This document shows positions 9,481-18,659 of a stretch of 64,000 nt of DNA, piece after piece (the first letter of the stretch is position 1; every line of letters starts with the position of its first letter). Location of the stretch: IMG/VR virus record IMGVR_UViG_3300028591_008384; one strand, written 5' to 3'. The stretch comes from a virus (Duplodnaviria; Heunggongvirae; Uroviricota; Caudoviricetes). The translations under genes were made by a program, and so were the position numbers. The notes under the pieces were generated by a model. The model ran no database searches. It saw only the letters and a list, made by a program, of their open reading frames with translations, and was not told the DNA's origin.

Positions 9481-10173
9481 TTATCTCCGTAAAATTTCCA
9501 TTAAGTTACGAATCGCTGCATGGCATTTAACTTTTCTAGTTCTACTTAATGCATCATTCGTATCATGAAAAATATATGGCACTGACTTTGCAATATCTAT
9601 AATTGGTATATGATTATACCATGCAATCAAGCCATATAACACATCATCATGATTGATGCTTATTACTTTGGGATTCATGAGTAATTCAAGACATTTTATA
9701 CCAAAAACCCCAGGAGGATAAATAGTAGCCGGTCCATGTTGAAACGGTATACCATAATGGTGGGCAACATTGTAAGAGGATATAGCTTTGCGATGCATAC
9801 GCCAAGCATTATACAATGTATCAGCATAATTATAAGTATATATGCAATCATCATCGGCACTTATAATTGGTACTTTATTATATCGTGTCATCGCATAGCA
9901 GATTTTTTTCAAACTCCGTATATTCTTCTTCACCCACAGAATTTCGAACATCCCGGCCCGGTTCATGAGCACCAGGTCCCTCGGGAGCTCCTGTTCCTTC
10001 CTGGGAAACTCCTCCTCGGCCAATGTGAGAACAATGTGGTAATCGGGACCGCAGGTCTCAAACAGGTTATAGATGGTGAGACCCACAGTATTGATTCGCT
10101 TCTTCCAGCTCGTAAGGGCAATAACAGCTTTCTTCCCCGCCGGAAGTGTCCCTTGTTCAATGTGTTCAATCAT
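9481..10173 (-). CDS. putative glycosyltransferase (DxD motif SADDD); paralog of 7438..8181
   Basis: ORF track 230 aa; SD aaggagag; conserved blocks shared with 7438..8181. Confidence 0.35.
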   Translation of the reverse strand: MIEHIEQGTLPAGKKAVIALTSWKKRINTVGLTIYNLFETCGPDYHIVLTLAEEEFPRKEQELPRDLVLMNRAGMFEILWVKKNIRSLKKICYAMTRYNKVPIISADDDCIYTYNYADTLYNAWRMHRKAISSYNVAHHYGIPFQHGPATIYPPGVFGIKCLELLMNPKVISINHDDVLYGLIAWYNHIPIIDIAKSVPYIFHDTNDALSRTRKVKCHAAIRNLMEILRR

Positions 10174-10181
10174 AACTCTCC

Positions 10182-11930
10182 TTATTTACCCACCGGTTCC
10201 TCCGGAGGTACGAACTTTGTATCCACACCGATTTCCCGGTAGTCGCTGCCCATGCGGTCGTTGACGTCATACATCTCCACCGGCGTCCTTGCCAGTTTGC
10301 TCACCGATACATAGAAGCATATCGTGCGCCTGTTGTACGTGGTATACGAACCGGCCTTCTCGGCCTCCGACACCGTGTAGGCCTCGGCTGTACCCGATGG
10401 CATCCCCTGGGAAGCCCACGAGCGGTTCCTGGACGGCGTGTACGTCGACCAGTCCACCACTATGCCAAGCTGCCTGAGTTTCGTGTCCACCTTCGCCTGG
10501 GCTCCGGTAGTAGGACAGAAACTGGCAGGTATCTCGGGGGAACCTGGAAAAGCGACGCTTTCCTGGAGGTTGTTGTGACTGGGGGAAACTAAATCCTCTT
10601 CCCCGCCGGGACACGGGATATCCACGGTAATCGCATCCTGGTCACCCCTAAACTTGATGGTCGCCGATGTTATGAACGCTCCCCCATCTTCTGACGTTGC
10701 AAGCCATTTGTTGAAATCCTCCGCATCCTCTATAAACCGTCCAATGACATCCTCCCGGGTAGCCGAGTCTTTCTGCCGGGTCGCCCACAGGCTGTCCAGC
10801 TTGATGTCCATGTCCATGCGGGGGTCGGCAGCGTGGTATACGTGGATCCACTCGACACCATCCCAGGCCGAACCGGTCATCGTGTCTCCCATATCAGCCT
10901 CGCACAGTGCGGAGAAGCCCTCCTGGAGTGGACGGATTGCATCCGTACAGCCAAATTCGGCGCATACCGACTCGATGAACGCTTTGTACTGCGTCTCCAT
11001 CGATTCCATACGAGCCACACCCTCAGTTTGCGCCGGCACCGACGTTGCCAGCTTTTCGTCAAGCGACTTGAAGGTCGTATTCACCTCTTCCACGTCTTCC
11101 GGCGTCATGTATTCGGCGAACATCTTGTCATACTGCTTGGTGCCGACCTCAATGTATTCCTTAATCAAGGACTCATACTCATCCGACGGTATAGTGTTCA
11201 CTACCACCTCGGGTTCCCCGAACTTCGGCTTGATGCGCCTAATCATCTGGTGAATTTTGCCGATGGTCTTGTTCATCTTGCTGCGGGACATAACCAGGTC
11301 CTTCATGGTTTCATACGGGACATCCAGGTAGTTGCCCTCTGCCGCGTCGAACAGTCTCGCTATCGACTTGTCAATCTTGTTTCGCTTGGATATAAATTCG
11401 AAGTATTTGCTATGCAGTTTCTCCATAGTTGGCACATCAACCTGAATATCCTGCAACATTTCCAGGTCCGCGCGGTATTCGTCATCAGTCTTGCCTTCCA
11501 TGATGTAGGAGATCGGCATAACTTCATCCAGCATTTGCTTAATGTCGGAGGTAAGACGTTCACGGTAGGTAGTCAAAATCTGGGGTTGGAGAAACTTTGT
11601 CGGCGGGTATTGGGTATCGGTGGTGATAATCTTGGCAACTCCGACATCGCCCAGGGAAGGACTGTATGCGTATGCTACATACCGCACACGGCCATCGGCC
11701 TTCATCTCATAACCGGGAACGGCAATCTTGGAAGACTGGGGGTTCTTGAGGACCGATTTCACGATGTCATTGGCAATGTTATGGTCGTTACGGAACTTGA
11801 ACCCCTCGCGTCCATGGTAGCGGGACTTGTACTGCAACGCATGGTCAGTTAGGTTGCGTAGGGACAACCCCTCATACACAATCTTGGTGACCATCTTGAC
11901 GTATTTCTTGTTGAGCGGTTCAATCATCCG
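10182..11930 (-). CDS. large hypothetical protein (about 582 aa)
   Basis: ORF track 10182..12011; start tentatively moved to Met28 so it does not overlap the small ORF 11969..12112; no recognised motifs. Confidence 0.45.
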   Translation of the reverse strand, partial: RMIEPLNKKYVKMVTKIVYEGLSLRNLTDHALQYKSRYHGREGFKFRNDHNIANDIVKSVLKNPQSSKIAVPGYEMKADGRVRYVAYAYSPSLGDVGVAKIITTDTQYPPTKFLQPQILTTYRERLTSDIKQMLDEVMPISYIMEGKTDDEYRADLEMLQDIQVDVPTMEKLHSKYFEFISKRNKIDKSIARLFDAAEGNYLDVPYETMKDLVMSRSKMNKTIGKIHQMIRRIKPKFGEPEVVVNTIPSDEYESLIKEYIEVGTKQYDKMFAEYMTPEDVEEVNTTFKSLDEKLATSVPAQTEGVARMESMETQYKAFIESVCAEFGCTDAIRPLQEGFSALCEADMGDTMTGSAWDGVEWIHVYHAADPRMDMDIKLDSLWATRQKDSATREDVIGRFIEDAEDFNKWLATSEDGGAFITSATIKFRGDQDAITVDIPCPGGEEDLVSPSHNNLQESVAFPGSPEIPASFCPTTGAQAKVDTKLRQLGIVVDWSTYTPSRNRSWASQGMPSGTAEAYTVSEAEKAGSYTTYNRRTICFYVSVSKLARTPVEMYDVNDRMGSDYREIGVDTKFVPPEEPVGK

Positions 11931-11968
11931 GGGACTCTTGTCGTTTTCCGGCAGTTTATAGCTTTTCG

Positions 11969-12112
11969 CTACCTGCCGGGACGAGGGAATATGTGCCCGA
12001 TGTAGGGGCACAGGATCACGGTGTCCTTGGGGACACTGGTCTTGATGATTTCAAGGGCCTTCCTGATGTCCCCGTTGGCGCCGGGGACCGGCCTGATGTC
12101 TATTGCCGGCAT
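11969..12112 (-). CDS. hypothetical small protein (48 aa), uncertain
   Basis: Internal Met of ORF 11969..12163 preceded by SD aaggaag; overlaps neighbouring frames. Confidence 0.2.
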   Translation of the reverse strand: MPAIDIRPVPGANGDIRKALEIIKTSVPKDTVILCPYIGHIFPRPGR

Positions 12113-12345
12113 TTCTTCTTCCTTTGGCGCCTCTGCGCCCTGTTGCCATGTCCGCCCCTCCATGCCTCGATCATGCGCCGGCGGGCCTCCGACAGAGTGA
12201 TTTTGTCCTGATGCGCCAGGAGGAAGGTGAGTCCGACGGGGATATAGGAGCCGTCCGGATAGGTAAGTGGCACGTCGTCATCGAACAGAGGGGGCATCTT
12301 GTTAAGATTTACAGTCATCGTTGCTCTCCCAAACATCGCCGACAA
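12100..12345 (-). CDS. hypothetical small protein with basic C-terminal tail
   Basis: ORF track 81 aa; ends in RRQRKKKCRQ. Confidence 0.3.
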   Translation of the reverse strand: MSAMFGRATMTVNLNKMPPLFDDDVPLTYPDGSYIPVGLTFLLAHQDKITLSEARRRMIEAWRGGHGNRAQRRQRKKKCRQ

Positions 12346-12718
12346 TGTGGCCGATGATATCCTCTTCTTTGCCGCAGTTGAGGATAATCATCCTGTCCGT
12401 ACCACATGGCCTGAGAATGGCATACATTTCATGCCCATTGCCGCCAGCGAATATATCCGTCGTCACGCGGGCCCCAGTCGGTTCCATCGTGTACTCGCCC
12501 AGTGTATCCTTTACCGGAATGAGGAACGTAGTGGGCAATGTTGACAGCATTGCAACAAGGTCCGGGGACATGATAATCCACGCGGCTCCGTTACTGACTG
12601 CCTCTTTGAGAATGAATTCATGCAGTTCCTTTATCTTGTCCTGCAGGAAACGGTGACATTTCTTCTGCCAGGGCCATTGCCTTTTGAGCTTGAACTTCTT
12701 TACCTTTGTTACTTGCAT
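12302..12718 (-). CDS. hypothetical protein
   Basis: ORF track 138 aa. Confidence 0.4.
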   Translation of the reverse strand: MQVTKVKKFKLKRQWPWQKKCHRFLQDKIKELHEFILKEAVSNGAAWIIMSPDLVAMLSTLPTTFLIPVKDTLGEYTMEPTGARVTTDIFAGGNGHEMYAILRPCGTDRMIILNCGKEEDIIGHIVGDVWESNDDCKS

Positions 12719-12861
12719 ATTACCTCTCCAAGATATTCTTCCCTGTACCGCTTCTCGTCAGCCACCGAAAGTTTCAGCCGTTCATACTCCGGAATGGAAA
12801 TAATATGGATTGGCTCCTTCCGTTTCTGCTCGGCGAGTATCCTATTCCACTTCTTCGTCAT
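12709..12861 (-). CDS. hypothetical small protein (about 50 aa), hand-called
   Basis: ATG at 12859-12861; its TAA overlaps the ATG of the downstream gene (ATGcaagTAA); below ORF-track size cutoff. Confidence 0.2.
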   Translation of the reverse strand: MTKKWNRILAEQKRKEPIHIISIPEYERLKLSVADEKRYREEYLGEVICK

Positions 12862-13132
12862 GCTTCGTCTCCGATGTTATCTTAATGTTGAGATACACCT
12901 TCGGCGGAGGTACCATGCGTACATGCAAGTCCACATGGCATAACCCAGGCCTGCGCTCCAGGCCGGTTACCTCCACTATCGCATCGTCGCATTCCGGGTG
13001 CGCGAGCAGCGCAATCTTCCTGGCCATACGCTTGCATTCCTCAACGGCCTGGTTTACCGCCTCCTCGGGAACCATTTCAAGCCGTGTCGCATTGGGGTCA
13101 AACAGGACATTCATGGGGCTGTTGTCACTCAT
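12842..13132 (-). CDS. hypothetical protein
   Basis: ORF track 96 aa. Confidence 0.4.
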   Translation of the reverse strand: MSDNSPMNVLFDPNATRLEMVPEEAVNQAVEECKRMARKIALLAHPECDDAIVEVTGLERRPGLCHVDLHVRMVPPPKVYLNIKITSETKHDEEVE

Positions 13133-13788
13133 CCGTGCCTCCGTTGCGCCCTGTTGCGTATGTCGGTGACCGGCTTGTCATAGAGGTACCTGAGGGAATA
13201 GTAGATGTTCTCGTAGTTGGTCATCGGTCGAACCTTCGCGAAGCCATCCGGGGTCAGGTTTTCCAGTTCCCATGCCTTGTCGGCAAGTTCGTGGGCAATC
13301 TTCCTCTCGGCTTCCCACTTGGGCTCCATATCGTCGCCATCGAACATGCAGTAGTGGTACATGTCGGCCAGGGTAGGCTCGCCGAGCAGGGGAGGGAACA
13401 TGCGCTTGGACAGCGGGAGGTCGCTCTCGGTCATGCCCTTGGCAACAAGTTCGGCCTTCCATTCCTTGTATTCCTTGCTGGCCTTCTGCTTCGCTTCCCA
13501 ACGCTCCTTGACTCGCGCTTTCAGCTTCTCCGCATATTTCGCGGAATCACAGATGTTTTTCAGCTTCCAGTCGCTCACTTCCTTGGCAACATAGTAGACC
13601 GGTTCCGGATCCTTCTCGTGCGCATCGAGCCATTCCACCTCGGCATCGTAGTCGTACTTGGCGCGGAAGTGGCCAAGGAAGAACCGGAAACCGTTTGGGT
13701 ACCTCTTGTAGAGGGCATAGCAAATCTTGCCGGGCCACAGGACGTTATCATCGAACTTTTCAACAATTATATTGCTCATTTCCACCAC
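13129..13788 (-). CDS. hypothetical protein
   Basis: ORF track 219 aa. Confidence 0.45.
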   Translation of the reverse strand: MVEMSNIIVEKFDDNVLWPGKICYALYKRYPNGFRFFLGHFRAKYDYDAEVEWLDAHEKDPEPVYYVAKEVSDWKLKNICDSAKYAEKLKARVKERWEAKQKASKEYKEWKAELVAKGMTESDLPLSKRMFPPLLGEPTLADMYHYCMFDGDDMEPKWEAERKIAHELADKAWELENLTPDGFAKVRPMTNYENIYYSLRYLYDKPVTDIRNRAQRRHG

Positions 13789-14295
13789 CTATATATTCGC
13801 GATGTATTGAATGAGGTCATACTTCATGGTTGTCAGCAGCATATTGAGCACATCGTCCTTGTAGAATCTGCCAAACGGGTCCGTGGACATATCCTCGCTC
13901 GTATGAAAATACGATTCCATCTTTTCCGGGATTATCTTCTGGACAATGTCTTTCAACTTCCCTGCACGTTCTTGCTTTGACTCAGTATGCTTCGAAATCG
14001 CATCGCTTACGTTCATCAGTTCGCATATCAGCATATTCTGCTTGTCGTTCAGGTTCGTTTCGAGCGATGTAGCACCCAGCAAGGTTTCCTGCAGAGTACC
14101 CGGCCCATTCGTGCTGCACACCGCTTCCAGTGTTTCAAGGCTAATCTGGAACGGAATTCCGTCCCTAGAATAGCATACAGTGTATGACATGTCGTTGTTA
14201 TTGAGCTTAATAGACAACTCTCCGCCTATCTCATCAACAGCCGACTTGAGTTCTGCAAGGAACTTGCTTTCGTTGAATTCTGTCTCCTGTGTCAT
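13789..14295 (-). CDS. hypothetical protein
   Basis: ORF track 168 aa. Confidence 0.45.
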   Translation of the reverse strand: MTQETEFNESKFLAELKSAVDEIGGELSIKLNNNDMSYTVCYSRDGIPFQISLETLEAVCSTNGPGTLQETLLGATSLETNLNDKQNMLICELMNVSDAISKHTESKQERAGKLKDIVQKIIPEKMESYFHTSEDMSTDPFGRFYKDDVLNMLLTTMKYDLIQYIANI

Positions 14296-14576
14296 CCTTC
14301 GAATCCTGTCTCGTTAATTTGGATAATGGTATCTATCTGCCCAATGAACATCCTGTCTGCATCTGTGAAATTCCACCAGCCGCGACCGGTCATGGATTTC
14401 CTGTTCGCGGTCATCTTGGCCTTTGCGGCCCCGAGAGTGGCAAAGTGGGTAGCCTGGTCGATATCGGTTTCCCATCGGCCACCGCCCTTGCCTCCCCAGT
14501 AATGTATTTCCTGGTTGTTGCGGTCAGGACTGGGAACCCAGCAGAGTACCCATGTTTTTAGTGGCGCTTCAATCAT
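14292..14576 (-). CDS. hypothetical protein
   Basis: ORF track 94 aa; ATGA overlap with neighbour. Confidence 0.4.
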   Translation of the reverse strand: MIEAPLKTWVLCWVPSPDRNNQEIHYWGGKGGGRWETDIDQATHFATLGAAKAKMTANRKSMTGRGWWNFTDADRMFIGQIDTIIQINETGFEG

Positions 14577-14830
14577 TTACTCCTCCATACGACGGTGACC
14601 GATTTCGGTACCGAACAGGCTTCCCATCTGTTCGCCAAAAGCCGAATGGCCTCATCCATTGTCTCGAACGATTCGGGTGTCCAACTCTCGTAATACGTTG
14701 TCCATACATAGTGCCACCACATGAACCACACCTGTGGGTAAAAGATGCCGTTTTCCCGCTTGATGACCCGCTTGGGCAGTTTCCTCATTAGCCACTTCCA
14801 CATATTTACCTCTGCAATACGCCAGTACAA
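14573..14830 (-). CDS. hypothetical Trp-rich protein
   Basis: ORF track 85 aa. Confidence 0.35.
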   Translation of the reverse strand: MYWRIAEVNMWKWLMRKLPKRVIKRENGIFYPQVWFMWWHYVWTTYYESWTPESFETMDEAIRLLANRWEACSVPKSVTVVWRSK

Positions 14831-14966
14831 TCACATGGCCCGATTTCATCCCATTCAACTCGCCGTTTACCATGGCGCTTCACTATCCTGGCCTTGCACT
14901 TGACCGTATAGCAATGAGAATACCCGAATTCCGGGTGATCTTCGCTCCTGTACTCAATCCTGTACA
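14816..14966 (-). CDS. hypothetical small Cys-containing protein (about 50 aa), hand-called
   Basis: Its ATG overlaps the stop of the upstream gene (tctgATGtacaggaTTGA); C..C...C.C pattern. Confidence 0.2.
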
Positions 14967-15637
14967 TCAGAACTCCTCACTACCCATTGTTTGACATAGT
15001 GCTCGTAGGCCGCATCCAGGTTGAATATGAGCATCGCGTCCAGCGGGGGGATTGGAACCTCGTAGAACTCGCCTGTCTTGGCGTCATAGCCCGATACCTT
15101 GATGCCGTTCACACCTAAACCCTGGAAGATCTTCGGAATGCCATCAGTGACATAGTATTCCAGGATTTTCATCAGGGGAGTAACACTAAGCCAGGTCCCG
15201 TCGAAGTAGGACAGCTTCCGGTAGTTCTGCAATACGGCGAGACGGATAAGTTCGGCTGGAGTTATCTTGCCATCACGCCTTCCCGATATGGTCGCAAATG
15301 GAACATCTTGAAGGGTGAGGCCGAAGGACACGGTATAGTATGACGGTGTATGGACCTTCCGGACAATGCGGTCGGCAAAGTCGTCATCAAGGTGCGGGGG
15401 AGCAAATTGCTCGATGCCGGCCTTCCTCATGAGGGCGACATGCGACACCCAGATGGTTTCCAGGTCGAATTCCTTGGTCCGGTCGCCGTTGCACACAACC
15501 AGGACAGGATTCCCGAACTGATTCTGCTTCACTTTCCTGACTTCCCCGTTGAATACGAAGAACTCGTTGTTGAAGTGGTGGCTGATGGAGACCATGTCAC
15601 CTACGCCGATTTTTGGCAGTCCTTCTTTGGTATCCAT
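14954..15637 (-). CDS. hypothetical protein
   Basis: ORF track 14954..15742 trimmed to Met36 (MDTKEG), which follows the upstream gene stop. Confidence 0.45.
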   Translation of the reverse strand: MDTKEGLPKIGVGDMVSISHHFNNEFFVFNGEVRKVKQNQFGNPVLVVCNGDRTKEFDLETIWVSHVALMRKAGIEQFAPPHLDDDFADRIVRKVHTPSYYTVSFGLTLQDVPFATISGRRDGKITPAELIRLAVLQNYRKLSYFDGTWLSVTPLMKILEYYVTDGIPKIFQGLGVNGIKVSGYDAKTGEFYEVPIPPLDAMLIFNLDAAYEHYVKQWVVRSSDVQD

Positions 15638-15638
15638 C

Positions 15639-15959
15639 TTAAAATCCTGTGGTTGCGGTGACCGGCGGTCGCCTGATGTACACGATTTCCTGTAGCTCGA
15701 TGAGTACATGCTGTGGCTTGTCGGACTGGTTGACGATGACAATGTTTTGTTTCATTTCGTTTACAGTATATTCCTGCTCGCCGAAACGGAGCTCGTAGTC
15801 CAGTGAACCCTCGCCTTTCTCGATATCCCAGTCAGAGGCCCATAGAATCCGGGTGTCGCCCTTCGCACGGACATTGGCAAATACGTCAGTTCCGTTGCAC
15901 CAGCTGTTCCTGATTATCTTGGCGGTGTTAGGCTGCACATCAAACGAAAATCGTGCCAT
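15639..15959 (-). CDS. hypothetical protein
   Basis: ORF track 106 aa. Confidence 0.4.
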   Translation of the reverse strand: MARFSFDVQPNTAKIIRNSWCNGTDVFANVRAKGDTRILWASDWDIEKGEGSLDYELRFGEQEYTVNEMKQNIVIVNQSDKPQHVLIELQEIVYIRRPPVTATTGF

Positions 15960-15962
15960 CGC

Positions 15963-16331
15963 TTACCTGTTGTAAAGACTATTGATGTCCACCGGCGCGT
16001 AGTCGATGATAATCTTGTTGCCCCGGAACACGGCATTGACCAGGAAGTAGGTCTTGGTCTCCCTGGGCTTCTCCTTCATGGCCGCACTCATGACCTCGTT
16101 GCGGAACTTTTCGTACAAAATGCTGGAAGTTCCCGAAAGGAGGGAAGGCTCACCGTTTTCCAGCCTATACAAGGTGCTTATGAACCTGGTCGCAACGATG
16201 AAGGAGTTGTTGTTCAGGCACACCACTTCCGTATAGGGGTTATAGTGCTTGTAATCCTGGTATGTCAGGAACGCCGGCACCCCCACGATCAGGATGGCTA
16301 TTACGATTAAAACGATTGCTTCTACTGTCAT
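15963..16331 (-). CDS. hypothetical membrane-anchored protein (N-terminal TM helix)
   Basis: ORF track 122 aa; hydrophobic N-terminus IVLIVIAILIVGVPAFL; SD aggaga. Confidence 0.4.
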   Translation of the reverse strand: MTVEAIVLIVIAILIVGVPAFLTYQDYKHYNPYTEVVCLNNNSFIVATRFISTLYRLENGEPSLLSGTSSILYEKFRNEVMSAAMKEKPRETKTYFLVNAVFRGNKIIIDYAPVDINSLYNR

Positions 16332-16351
16332 AACATCGTCTCCTATGCACT

Positions 16352-16400
16352 AAAACTAGCCTTTTGTTGCCATCTTGTCAATACTTTGCTACATTTTGAG
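16352..16400 (+). promoter_or_regulatory. phage promoter motif for the plus-strand operon 16402-19475
   Basis: GTTGCCA-N14-TTTGCTACATTTTGAGC immediately followed by ATG (leaderless). Confidence 0.5.
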
Positions 16401-16401
16401 C

Positions 16402-16713
16402 ATGCGAATTATCGAACCACCATTGGCGAGCATCTGCCAGGACATGATTGACTGTATCGGCAACAAGGATGCCGAACCGGAAATCGTTACATTCTTCTAC
16501 CGGATGCAGCAGCTGTACTTGAAGGGATGGCGCGAATGCGGTTTCTGCAAGGGAACCGGGAGAGTTACGACCGTCTATCCCAACAAGTGGGGCGCCACGG
16601 AAACCGTCGAACACTCATGCCTTACATGCAATGGTATTGGTTTCTACGACTTCAACGCGATGGTCAGGGAAGCCGAAGAACGCCGGAAGAAACGAATGGA
16701 AGAGGGGGAATAG
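16402..16713 (+). CDS. DnaJ-type zinc-finger (CxxCxGxG repeats) small protein
   Basis: ORF track 16375..16713 trimmed to the Met directly after the promoter box; contains CGFCKGTGR and CLTCNGIGF. Confidence 0.4.
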   Translation: MRIIEPPLASICQDMIDCIGNKDAEPEIVTFFYRMQQLYLKGWRECGFCKGTGRVTTVYPNKWGATETVEHSCLTCNGIGFYDFNAMVREAEERRKKRMEEGE

Positions 16714-16962
16714 ATGGAAAGAAGCGAAACCAAGTTCATCATCGTGAACTACAGGCGCGACCAGGCGGTGCAGAACTGGTCATTCGCCGACAAGAAACAC
16801 ATCATCTACTGCAACAGCGCCGAATGGGCGATGAAGTTCGCCGACAAGGCGGGCGCCAAGCGCACCCTGGACTACCTGAGGAAGAACTTCCCCGGCCAGG
16901 ACCTCAGCATCGTGGAAGCAACATTCTACACAGACGTTACGTTCAAGGAGGTCAAATGCTAA
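16714..16962 (+). CDS. hypothetical protein
   Basis: ORF track 82 aa; SD gaagaggggg. Confidence 0.4.
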   Translation: MERSETKFIIVNYRRDQAVQNWSFADKKHIIYCNSAEWAMKFADKAGAKRTLDYLRKNFPGQDLSIVEATFYTDVTFKEVKC

Positions 16963-17366
16963 CATTCTTCGCATTTATAGGAATCATCGGTGGTGCCATC
17001 GCACTCATCTTTGGCATCATGCTTCTCGTCGAGTTCCTCTATGACAGTTTCATCAACTCGCGCCGTCACCGTATCAAGGTAATCGCCACATATCGCCGCG
17101 ACTACCCCAAGATGCACCTGTACAGCGTGGATCCTACCGATGGCATGTTCGGTCCCCCGTTCCTGCATTCCGACCCGGATAAGGGGTACAAGTTCCGCGC
17201 ATACAACAGCTACCATGCTGCTGAACGGTACTTCAAGAGCTACCGCCGGCGCAACAAGGAAATATCCAACCACGAGGACAGCGCCAATCACAAGTGCAAA
17301 CCCATGTGGGCACACCTGCGCGTGAAGGACATGACAACCGGTTTCACCTATTACCTCGGAAGATAA
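16956..17366 (+). CDS. hypothetical membrane protein (N-terminal TM helix)
   Basis: Internal Met144 of ORF 16527..17366 with SD ggaggtc; the upstream part of that ORF is an alternate frame of the two preceding genes. Confidence 0.4.
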   Translation: MLTFFAFIGIIGGAIALIFGIMLLVEFLYDSFINSRRHRIKVIATYRRDYPKMHLYSVDPTDGMFGPPFLHSDPDKGYKFRAYNSYHAAERYFKSYRRRNKEISNHEDSANHKCKPMWAHLRVKDMTTGFTYYLGR

Positions 17367-17367
17367 C

Positions 17368-17940
17368 ATGAACCTTGAAAAACTCTCAAAGGAAATCTCC
17401 TACGCGCTGCGCCATGCACCGTGGGAATACGAACTGGAACTGGACGAGGAAGGCTTCGTGCCCATCGAACAGCTCCTCCATGCCCTCAATGAAGGGGGCA
17501 ACTACGTGGACGACCGTCCGGTCACCAAGGAAGACCTGGAAGAAATCATCCGCACTTCCGACAAGAAGCGCCATGAAATCGTAGGGGACCGCATCCGCGC
17601 CCTCTATGGCCACAGCGTCCCCCAGGCCATCAAGAAGGAAATTGGTACCCCTCCGGACATCCTGTACCACGGCACCAACGAGTTCTGCTTTGGGGCAATC
17701 GAAAAGGACGGCCTCCTGCCCATGGCCCGCCAGTATGTCCACATGTCCACCGATACCCAGATGGCGGAAACGGTGGCCAAGAGGCGCAAGGGGCGAGTGC
17801 TCATCCTAAAGATTGATGCCAAGCAGGCAATGGCCGACGGTATCGAGTTCTTCGTGGGCAACGACAGTGTGTGGCTGGCAAAGCACATCCCACCCCAGTA
17901 CATTTCGGTCATCATGACGGAGGGGAAGGGCGACTTATGA
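17368..17940 (+). CDS. kptA: RNA 2'-phosphotransferase Tpt1/KptA family
   Basis: ORF track 190 aa; N-terminal LSKEISYALRHAPWEYELELDEEGFVPI and the HGT motif (YHGTNEF) match my recollection of the Tpt1 family signature. Confidence 0.65.
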   Translation: MNLEKLSKEISYALRHAPWEYELELDEEGFVPIEQLLHALNEGGNYVDDRPVTKEDLEEIIRTSDKKRHEIVGDRIRALYGHSVPQAIKKEIGTPPDILYHGTNEFCFGAIEKDGLLPMARQYVHMSTDTQMAETVAKRRKGRVLILKIDAKQAMADGIEFFVGNDSVWLAKHIPPQYISVIMTEGKGDL

Positions 17941-18158
17941 TAATCACGTTCAAGAAGAACATCGGAACTGCCGCCTATGACAGCGATGCCATCGTTAAAA
18001 TGGAATTTAGTCCAAACTGTGGCCTGGAAATCACCTATGCCGCATCCGGCAAAGGGAACGCCACGCCTGTCATCCAGACCGACCGTCATTACATAACCGA
18101 ACCGGAATACGAACAGGTTCTCGAACAATGGAAGAAATCGAAGGAGACCTCCAAATGA
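17937..18158 (+). CDS. hypothetical protein
   Basis: Internal Met of ORF 17871..18158 overlapping the upstream stop (ATGA). Confidence 0.3.
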   Translation: MIITFKKNIGTAAYDSDAIVKMEFSPNCGLEITYAASGKGNATPVIQTDRHYITEPEYEQVLEQWKKSKETSK

Positions 18159-18658
18159 TGAAGAAGGTACTTGACACGGTGGAAGACTTGGTCATGTTCA
18201 AGGCGAAGCCCACCCCGGAACAGCAGGTCAAGGAACTCGACGAGCAGATCGAGGACCTGAAAAAGAAGCGCCAGCTCGTCCTTGACGGGGTGGACAAGAA
18301 GTACGTGAACAAGATGCTATCCCGCATAATGGGCCAGTGGGTCATCGTGGGCGGGTGGAGCGATGACGACGAGCATCCGTTCCACGGGCAGCATTACACC
18401 ATCTACAAGGTCGTGAAGGCCCTGCAGTGGGAAGGCGGGAACAGCTTCCGCATCATCGCGAAGCACATGATGTACCTGTCCGCCGAAGGATACCTGAACG
18501 GTGGCATCTACGAGGTGGATGTCAACCGCCGTGTCAAGGACATCGGGAACCTTGCCGTCATTTCCGCGGAAAAGGTCGCAAGCATCATCAGGAATGCCCG
18601 CAAGGCCGTGAACAAGCACCTTGACAAGGCATTGAAGGAAGCACAGGGGGATATCTAG
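18155..18658 (+). CDS. hypothetical protein
   Basis: ORF track 18128..18658 trimmed to MMKKVLD, which overlaps the upstream stop. Confidence 0.4.
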   Translation: MMKKVLDTVEDLVMFKAKPTPEQQVKELDEQIEDLKKKRQLVLDGVDKKYVNKMLSRIMGQWVIVGGWSDDDEHPFHGQHYTIYKVVKALQWEGGNSFRIIAKHMMYLSAEGYLNGGIYEVDVNRRVKDIGNLAVISAEKVASIIRNARKAVNKHLDKALKEAQGDI

Positions 18659-18659
18659 C

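Noticed and set aside
10195-10204. Perfect 10-nt palindrome CCTCCGGAGG with flanking GTTC/GAAC
   Set aside because: It lies inside the C-terminal coding sequence (PPEEPVGK) of the 609-aa gene and is most likely coincidental.
10654-11852. Long plus-strand ORFs 10654..11253 and 10833..11852
   Set aside because: They are entirely antisense to the 609-aa minus-strand gene and have serine/arginine-rich composition typical of reverse-frame translation.
13084-13980. Plus-strand ORF 13084..13980 (298 aa); similar antisense ORFs at 20034..20954, 21690..22535, 26174..26857, 27328..28902, 33625..34665, 34726..35649, 41318..42823, 43831..44736, 45691..46854, 50696..51919, 52342..52857, 61801..63948
   Set aside because: Each is antisense to a minus-strand gene with recognisable motifs (NadV, NatV, CCA, rSAM, LigA and others), and the translations are low-complexity. 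They are kept out of the feature list.
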